Below are positions 54,954 through 64,000 of a DNA stretch of 64,000 bases, piece after piece. Both the position numbers and the translations under genes were made by a program. The notes under the pieces are model-generated. The model was not told the DNA's origin. It searched no databases and saw only the letters and a list, made by a program, of their open reading frames with translations. How positions within the stretch are numbered: the first letter of the stretch is position 1; every line of letters begins with the position of its first letter. Source of the stretch: Batkoa obscura (lineage: Eukaryota). The stretch lies in contig JASVEC010000001.1 in the NCBI GenBank assembly GCA_030770535.1, positions 1,860,001-1,924,000 of the forward strand, read 5' to 3'.

Positions 54954-56108
54954 AAATCTTTAATCATAATTTTATTACTTTGAATACAATGGTTGAATTA
55001 TTCAGCCAATATTTTTGAATATTTAATTTAAAATTTAAACTTTTTTACATTTAAAAATTATCAATTAATATAAACTATTATTTTATTTTATTTTATTTTA
55101 TTTTTACTAGTATTATAAAGTTTTATACTTTTCTTTACTTTTGAAAGCTTTTTTAACTTTTTATAATTGCAATAAATTTTAATAAATTTCAATATTGTTA
55201 AGAATAAATTGAAAATTTATTTTTTTATTTTTATCTTTTTTGTTATATTTATAATTGCCTTAAAATAAAAGATTGTAAAATTAACTAATAAGTTAATTAT
55301 AATATAATAAATGATAATGTTAATTTTATTCTATATGGAACTTATTTTATTTTATAAACAATTTTATCACATTTTATTTTCACACTTAGTTTAATAAATC
55401 CTATAGTGTATGGATGAATTTGAATGATAGGAAAAATAAACAGTAATTAAAATCGTATAATTAAAACTAAACAGTTGAAACAATCATCTAATAAGTGCAT
55501 TATGTAATAGTCAGCTTCTTAGATTACAATTAATAAATACGAAATTAAGGTTTTAAAAAAGATAAACACGATGTAATTTAAATTCTATAATAAAAATTAA
55601 AAAGAATGAGTTTAAATCTATTTCAACTTGTCTTAAACTTACTAAAATAAAAGAAGTAAAGGCAAAGTATGTTTGTCACTTAGTAACGGATTTTAATAAT
55701 AAATAAACTATAAAAACACATTTACTATAAAATACATTATAACATTTTAGCTAAACTACGAATAGGTTTACAAATGCAATAAATTGCTAAATAAAATGCA
55801 ACTACTTGAATGGGAAATTGAAAATAAAAGGTGTTGCTAAATTTAAAATGCTTCTAAAATTTACCTTTTTCGGATAAATTTCGATACCACTGCTTGGTTC
55901 ATGACTTAGATTTCTGGCTATATGATGCAAATGATCAGACTATTTTATCCATAGTTATTTATAAAAGTCGTGGAAACTCAACAACTTAATTAAAAACATT
56001 TGAAGTAGCCTATTTTATATATAGCAGAATAGTTCCATATTATTGAGTTATAAAACATATATAAACGAATACAAAAATAATGTACAACTTTATATTATCA
56101 GAATAATT

Positions 56109-57867
56109 ATGAAGTCCCCACTTTTAATCTCTCTTTGTATCAGTACTGTTTTTTGTTCGTAAGTTTATCTCAATCTTTTTATTAATAAAAAGTTAATCAG
56201 TTTTTAGGTTACCAGTAAACTACATCAAATTGCGTATTGATAGTGCAAATTTTGAATGTACTGTCATAGAAAGAAATAGTGAAGGTATTTATAAGCCTTT
56301 GGATACCTTGGACGATAATGCTGTAATTGTGTTATCAAAGCCATATCAGATTGCTGCTGCCGATACCAAAGTTGAAGTGAAGGATAACTCTATAGTTTAT
56401 GAGTTGTACAGTAAATCCAAAATTGCGGTTGAAGCTAAGCTAAATAGTCTATGCCAAAACAAAAATAAAGCGCTCTTATCCAATAGTCTACCTGAAGCAC
56501 AATTAGCTGAAGCAACTGAAGTACGTAAAATTATTAACAATGGTGATCCTAATAATAGAGTAGATGTTGTATTTATGGGTGATGGTTACACCGCCAGTCA
56601 GAAAGAGGCTTTTTTTAGTGATATGACTCGTCTTACCAAAGAAATGTTTGAAGGCACAACCTTCAAATCTTGGTTACCTTTCTTTAATATTTGGGCTATC
56701 TATGTAGAATCACAAGAATCTGGAATTGGCTACAATGGACCTAAAAATACACCATTTAAGTTATATCGTGAATCTGGTCAGTTTAGGGCTATCTATCCTG
56801 GAAACCCCAATTACGCTCAACAGATATGCCAATTAACTGGTGCTAGTGCCTGTGACTTCCCAGCAATCATCGCAAATGATGATTATTATGGCGGGTTAGG
56901 GGGCCAGTTTATCATAGCCACCAAATCAGTAAAAACTGGTACAACAGTATTAAGACATGAAATGGGTCACAACTTTAATGAAGTTGGTGAGGAATATGAT
57001 GATGGCTATGTTTATAGTGGAGTTAATGCAGCAGCTTCTTTAAATACAGTTTCTTGGAAATCATGGTTAACTGGGCCATTAAGAGAAGAGAAAGCTATTT
57101 ATAGAGTATTAGCATATCCATGGGCCAAGCTAACAAGTGTGCTTCAAAAATTCACTTTTACTTCGGATGGGGCATATAAACGTTGGTATTTAGAAATCTC
57201 AATCACTGGGGTACCAGAAACTGATGGCTTAGAAATTATATTAGATGGTGTGGCATTACCATTTAAATCTAGAGGTAGCATTGATCGTGAGTTTTATAAT
57301 TGGAGTGGAGCAAGTGGGTTTACTAAAGGAACTCACACTCTTACTATCCGTAATAAAGGGATACCAATTGACCCTAATGTTTCTCGTATGCTTGCTATGG
57401 TTACTATGTATGAATATGGTGATGAAAGCGAATTCATAATTTCCAATGAAGCGATTTCTGCTTACCCTACTTGGGATTCTTCAAGAAGAAAATCATATAG
57501 ACCAAGTAATGAAAAATGTTTGATGAGAAATATGACTTCACCTTCATTTTGTAGTGTTTGTAAAGAGGGCATATGGCTCAAGTTTTTACAAAGGGTCTCA
57601 CTTATTGATACGTTAACTTATAATGTCAATGAAGTAGTGTTAACAACTCTTAAACTTGGTCAATATAGAGAAAAATTTACTATCCCTGGTGAAAAAATAA
57701 CCATTAACTGGTATTATAACGATATCCTCGTAGATGCTTTTGAAAATAGAGATAAATTGGTAGGCCCTGCTTTTGGAAAATGGAAAGTAACTGTTAAGCT
57801 TGATTCTCCAGAAATCAAATCTGATCCAGATAATCGTACTTATGAAGAAAGATATTTTTATATATAA
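56109..57867 (+). CDS. Secreted M64-family metallopeptidase, copy B
   Basis: MKSPLLISLCISTVFCS signal exon, intron 56159-56207; same motifs as copy A. Confidence 0.9.
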
Positions 57868-59098
57868 ATAAAACCATTCAGAATTTTATTTAATGTTTAT
57901 TATTATCGTTTATTGTATATCTTTTCAAATGAGGCAACACAAATCTCAACTATCAGATTCTTATCCTAATAATAGCATTTTAAAATAAATGATATTGCTA
58001 AACAATAATTGGAGACTTTAGTCACAATCAAGTTTTAAATTTTCTATAATCATAATCCCAATAAATTCATTTCTAAATTAGAAACATGCTATAATATCTT
58101 TATCAACTATAATGTTTATGTTTTAGTCTACTGGTGTTATATTGTTATATAGTAAAAGCAATAGTGGTTTCAAAAATAAAAAAATTAACCCGAAAAACAT
58201 GAATTAGCTTATGAAAAAACTAATGCCATTTTTAAAGTATTGCGTATTAGTAAATAGAAGCTAAAAAAATAGTGTTCTATACCTTGTGTAAAAAGTTTTT
58301 GAAACGCTCTACAGCCCAACTTGTAACATATTCAGAATCACAGATAAGTTTTAAAAATTGATCAAAGTTGTGATTAATTTTTTCAGCTTATTTGCATAAA
58401 TTATAAAGCTACTTTTAAAAATAACGAAAACGGACTGTTTTCTTAATTGCAATATTTGCAAAAAAATGAATATTAAGTAAGCACTCACTCATTGATAATT
58501 CTATTTTACTTTTCTATATCTATATAGTATTATATTTGGTTTTTGTTTCCAACTTTCAGATACATCGATGGGGGGGCTCTATGTGCCTTGAAAAGTCGAG
58601 TTGAATTTGGAAAAATACCTGCATATAAATGATAAGTAGATGCTAATTCCAAAAATGAGTTTTTACGCCATATTACTTCGAGGCTATTATTGAGTGAATG
58701 GCCATTATTTATACATGAGCTGTAACAATGCTAATTCGAAAGTTTGTTTTTTCATTCATAAAATAAATCAAACCAAGATAGTTTTGGCTTGAAAGCATTC
58801 AAGTTGGAGTTGCTTTTTTGTGTTTGAGACTAATCTAGATTTATCACAGTGACAATGTTGCAATACATTATACAATAATAGTGGTTAATTATTAAAACAA
58901 GTTTAAATTAACATTATTATATACTTTGTCTGTATAAATTTATAAATTATTTTTGCAAATTTGAATAAAATTGTAGCACATTATTTTATTATATGAAATG
59001 CTTAATATTTCTTAGCAGTATTTAAAATACACTACCATTCAACCAACTATATAATTTACATTATCACACTAATTTAAAATAAGCAAAGTACCTTGAAT

Positions 59099-59929
59099 TT
59101 AATACTTCTTAAATGCGCAAATAGATTCTATTCCTAAATAGAAGTTGCCTTTCTGTTTGCCGAAATTCGATGCGATCATAATACTTAGCGCCTGAATTTT
59201 TTTCAGGTTTAAACTTGGTACCTTTTTCCCATTGATTACTCCATCAGTAATTGGTCGGCCTCTGTAATATGGCACAAAATCTTCAAATTTTGCATAGAAC
59301 AAATTATTCACTGGGGGATTTAAATTACTATCTCCACCCAACATATTGACCTCATGGTAGCCCCTTACTTCCGGTGTAAAGTAATAGTTATACTCGATTG
59401 TGCTCTCCCTCTTTCCACTGCTCTGGTCAATGATATCTCCTATATCGTTCTTTAAATTGATGCTATACTGTTTCCCATCACCAGCCAAAGTCTCGATCAA
59501 TAGCCCATCATAATCACTAAGGTCCAGTCCTTTATTATCCAATAAGGGCTCCTTGGCAGGTTCAGGAGTAAAAAAAGTACGTATCGAGGAGAAAGCAGCA
59601 CCCAAAACTGAAGGGTCTAGATTTCCTTCGAATAATAGATACTCTCCGTTGCTTCCGACTTCAATATAAGTAGTGCTTTTGCCGCCGCGTAAGCTATAAA
59701 GAAATAGGTTGGTTTTAAATAAAACGATTTTTGGAAATTACCTGTCATTGACATAGGAGAAAGTGCTTGGCTTCCAAGGTGCAAAACGACCAAATAGTTG
59801 ATGAAGTTTAGTGGGCATGCTGTTAAGATTGAAACTGGTAGTTGAATAGTTTATGCTTGTTTGCCTTTTTGAAATAGCTAAATATGCGAGTGAACAATAA
59901 ATGGGTAATATCAGATTTCTAAGTAGCAT
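59099..59929 (-). CDS. CIA30-domain protein (complex I intermediate-associated protein 30 family)
   Basis: VND|.RGGKS...FEGNLD...GAAFSSIR...LDLSDYDGL...GDGKQY; one intron near 59695-59741. Confidence 0.8.
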
Positions 59930-61097
59930 AATTTTTTTTTAAGATGACGTGAAGTTTTACAATTAAAATAAAACCGATAAAAGAGAATATTTCTTAAAAA
60001 TCCCAAAAGAATAATTTATTTAATCATCTGAATCGATCGACTTTTTATACTATAAAGCTTACGAGAAGCCTATTTTTACAAAACATTCTTAATGACCTTT
60101 TATCTCTTCAAGCTGTTTTTAATAGAAACTAGTGTTCTACTCAAATATTTGAATTTTAGCTTGGTTCTTCTCTGATTTAGATCATTTTTACATCTTCACT
60201 CTAAAGCTTAGTTTCATAGTGTCGTAGTTTAGTGGTTACATTGTTACATCTGGTTTTGTATATTTGAAAGTGTGTTTTGATTGAGTTTTACAACAATAAA
60301 ATGTATCATTTTTAGTTTATCTATTTATAAAATCTGTATCTATATTATTTTTAATAAGCACTTTGATTGGTTTTCTTTTAAGATATCGTTTTATAACATA
60401 AATCCTTAAATGATAAAATCTAGTTACTTAAACAGGTTTTATTATGATATGACTAATTTATTTTGATGTCGTTTTGTATGTTTTTTATTTTATAACCTAT
60501 AGTTAAATTTTATTGACAAAACAATAATTGTAATATTGCCAATTAATACAATTTACAGTGTATTCATGATTTTTAATAATTAAAGTATTTCTATCCTTTT
60601 TTGTATGAACCTTCAAATTTTATTATTTATAACTGTTGGATTATTTTTTATTTTAATAAACAACACTTTTAAGAATTAAAAATTTAAGAATATATTTAGT
60701 CTAATTTTAAAATGAATCAGTTTGATAATATGATTTTTACATAATTCAATTGCGAGATAATGTTTCAAACAAGAAAACATACCATTCTATAATAAATATT
60801 TTAATTCATCTTATTACTCTAATTTATCTTTAAGCTAGGTACTTGACTAAGGTTCTAGTTTTACCTTCAACTGTTTCTAAATGTTAGCTTCAAAATATTT
60901 TCGTATGTAACTCTGTCCGGGAAAATCCATAACAATATACACTTAAGTCAAACTATTATAGCAAATAAGCAAACAAAAGTGTTTGCTGTATAATATAAGA
61001 AAGCAACCATAAAAGAGTATCAAGGATACTTCTTGTTTATTAGGCTTAACAAACATAATGATTGATGCCAAGCTTTTGCTTTCGGCTTTAAACTTTT

Positions 61098-62378
61098 TCA
61101 ATCAATTTCTTCAAAGTTCTCATCCTCTTCATCCTCATCATCAACATCCAAATTTTGCTGATCAGCTTGATTGGTGTTAAACTTACCATCGTTATAAGGA
61201 TTGTTATTAGGATTATCATCTGCATCTTGGAAATCTGGTTCTTGTGCAAAAGCGGGTTTTAGCTCATATAAAGTGAAATAGGTACCCCTTCGATGTAAGG
61301 ACGCAATTTGACTTAAAATATTTTTTAGATGGGCCTAAGGGATGAGGTCAGTATGCTTTTTATACAGACACATTGTTATCTTACTTGGGGCTGATTTGTT
61401 TTCTTTGAAAGTGCATTAAATGTCCAATACTTGAACTGTGCAAAGCAATTGAATAACAGATCGCGCAACTCTTTATCTGGTATACGGCTGGCTTTATGCT
61501 CCGGACTGGTTTTAGCACGTTTCTATAAAAAAATAAAACTGGGTCGCATGAAAATTTAATTATCTTACACCATGTACCCCAAAGCTTGAAGGAGTATTTT
61601 GATAAGCTTTAGGTCTAAGATAATCCAGATTATTGTTCTTTCCAGTATTATCAAACTTAATAGTTTCTCTTTTATCTCCATCTTCAATGATTCTTTTCCT
61701 TAAGATTACTCGATACCTCGGGTCATTGATCAACGGTTTCATTATAGACTCTTTTGTTACTTTACCAACTATGCGTTTACCAACTATAGTTGGGTATTAG
61801 ATAGAATTAAAAATAAACTTATTTTACCTCGATTGCCATATTCTTCAAACAGATAAGTATTTTCAATATTGCTCTTAGTCTCTTTAATAGTGTAATCCCT
61901 TGGAATTGTAACAAACTCCTCGGGTAAGTGTAACATGAGCTAACAGTTTAAATCAATGCCTATTTTAATTTATGAAACTATCATTACATCTGTGACCACT
62001 GGATCATCCTTAGCGGATATCAACCTAAACGTTAAATTTCAATTTTTTTAAATCATAGCTAATTACTTACTGGTTAAACTTTTTAAGTATTGCTGCCTCT
62101 CTTTCTTCTTCATCTTCAAACAGAGCTTGATAAACATAATCTGGTACCTAAATCATTAATCTCAATCCATTATTCATTAAAATTTATTCTCTATTTACTT
62201 TAATTAAGTGCACCTCTTGCTCAACATTTGTCATATCAAGCTCTTCATCCATCAAATCATCTTTTAATGTACCATCTTCTCTTACATCGTCGCTTATAAG
62301 ATGATCCAAATACATATCGTTATTATTGTCGCCCCCTTCAAACACTTCATCATGCTCGTAATCAAACTCGTCACTCAT
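61098..62378 (-). CDS. TFG2: TFIIF beta subunit (RAP30), multi-exon
   Basis: VHLIK|VPDY; KASRIPDKELRDLLFNCFAQFKYWTFNAL; HLKNILSQIASLHRRGTY..YELKP; acidic tail. Confidence 0.9.
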
Positions 62379-62992
62379 TTTGGTTTGTTAAAAGCGAACT
62401 AAAATTTTGAAGGTTGCTTTTTTAAATAATTTGAAACTTAATTTTATATAACAAATGCTGCAACTCATTTTGCAAAAAAGGCAAAGGGTAAAAAAAAAAG
62501 ATGATGTGAATATCTGTTGGATGAAATACGTGGTGTTTTTGTTTAAATAAATATATTCTATCATATTTTTATTGTAGATTTTGTGATTTTATGATATGTT
62601 TATGCTTTTGAGGCCTTTTATAGTATTTCTAATAATAGTTTTAAATGCTGATAACCTCAAATTAAACTTATGTTTTATATCAGCATCTATTAATACTATT
62701 ATATAAGATGTTTATTACTTGGATAAATAGATACAAGTATTGCTAAAATTGATAAAATACCTTAAAATCAAGAATAATATATAATTAATATTAATAAAAC
62801 ATTATTCCAATAATAGTCATTTACTTCTATCATAATCATAGGAGAATATAAATGCAGTTAAGTATCAAGCACTTTAACTAAAAAAATAAGCTCAAATTCA
62901 ACCAATAAAAAATTAATAGAGAGAGTGAGATCATCTACTATTAGGGCTTAAACCAAATTTGATTTTCTTTATTTTTTAAATTTATAATAATA

Positions 62993-64000
62993 ATGACGAT
63001 AAAATATAGTGATTTGTAACTCTATTTCAACTAATAGCAACATTAACTTACTAGTAATTTAGCGAAGAACAAACAAAATTTACAATTGGCTTGCCAAAGG
63101 TTTTTGAACAGAGTCTGACAATACAACACTGGTAATCTATTTTAGTGGCTGAAGCTTAGTTTCTAACTTTTATAGGCAACTAAGAGATTTGATATCATGC
63201 CCAGGTGATGAAAACGAGATATATTATGTCAACCATTATTCCGTACTAAAATATAACTGTAAAACACATATTGTAAGAGAACTTCAATTTATTTACAACT
63301 TAATTAACTTAAGTTTAGACCACTCCAGTTCTTAAATATCTTACATTCGAGCCAGCTTCAATTACTATAGGGTAAAAAGGCCAAATAATTCAATCATTTT
63401 TCTGATATTTTTATAATAGAAAAGGCTACCTTGCCGTTGGCGGCCAACGCGCTCAACTCACTTTAAGGCATTTAAGAACGAACTGGTAATTATTTTTTAC
63501 TTGTTTATGTTATGTTAACTAACCAGATCTGAAGGTCTGTATATACCTCCGTCAGTGGTTCAATCAATAATTCATTATCTATTTATGATCACTATGGAAA
63601 AACGAGATTATTGGTTTGTAACAATGACGAATCAATAAAGATTTATTCACTACCTGATTTTGTTAAAGTGGAATGCCTTAGATTTCCTACAGCTGTTAAT
63701 CATGGTAAGGATTAAGTCGAAATTTCTAGAAACCGTTAGTAAATCGCTTTATTTAGCTTCTGTAAGCCCTGATGGAACGAAATTGGTTGCAGTTGGGGAT
63801 ACAAACGAAATATTTTTGTATAATATTCGCGGAGATGATTATCAACTTATGCATGTTTTACAAGGTATGTTATATTTGATAAACCGCTTTTATCGTTAAT
63901 TGGAATTTAATCAGGTTCAAATGATTCCGGCTTTTCATGCGCATGGAAAAACTCCAGTGAAGTGTTTGCGTCTGCTTTTCAAGATGGATTTGTTCATGTG
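62993..64000 (+). CDS. WD40/DUF2415-type protein (Gid11-like), truncated by the window edge
   Basis: TIQHW|QLRDLI, YLAVGGQR, GSINNS, LLVCNNDESIK, AVNHASVSPDG, GFSCAW, FASAFQDG. Confidence 0.75.

Overview
Very AT-rich, gene-dense eukaryotic DNA with many short (~45-60 nt) GT-AG introns. It most likely comes from an early-diverging fungus; a Conidiobolus-like zoopagomycete is my guess from sequence style only. Recognisable core genes: RAD10/ERCC1, PPP4R2/PSY4, MTR10, a TMX-like thioredoxin, SMD2, NFU1, KTI12, PDCD7 (U11-59K), YCG1, CAP1, MSF1, two DPM2 paralogs missed by the ORF track, a MAD1-like gene, TAF8, a CIA30-domain gene, TFG2, a DUF2415/WD40 gene, tRNA-Gln(TTG) and tRNA-His(GTG). Accessory content: two solo LTRs, each with its own 4-bp TSD; at least 14 copies of a ~98-bp MITE with GRG...CYC ends and AWWT 4-bp TSDs (Sola-like); a larger related TIR element; a pseudogene with two tandem FAR1/WRKY-GCM1-like domains; and hydrolases (class 3 lipase, SGNH, two M64 peptidases). 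Most interesting: (1) a divergent cluster of secreted repetitive structural proteins (Gly/Ser/Asn-rich x2, Pro/Tyr decapeptide x1) that all end in Tyr-Tyr; (2) three paralog pairs with near-identical gene bodies but old, diverged flanks, suggesting ongoing gene conversion; (3) a minor-spliceosome U11-59K homolog with U12-like motifs in its own locus. All family calls come from remembered motifs; no database search was run. Exon boundaries were read by eye.
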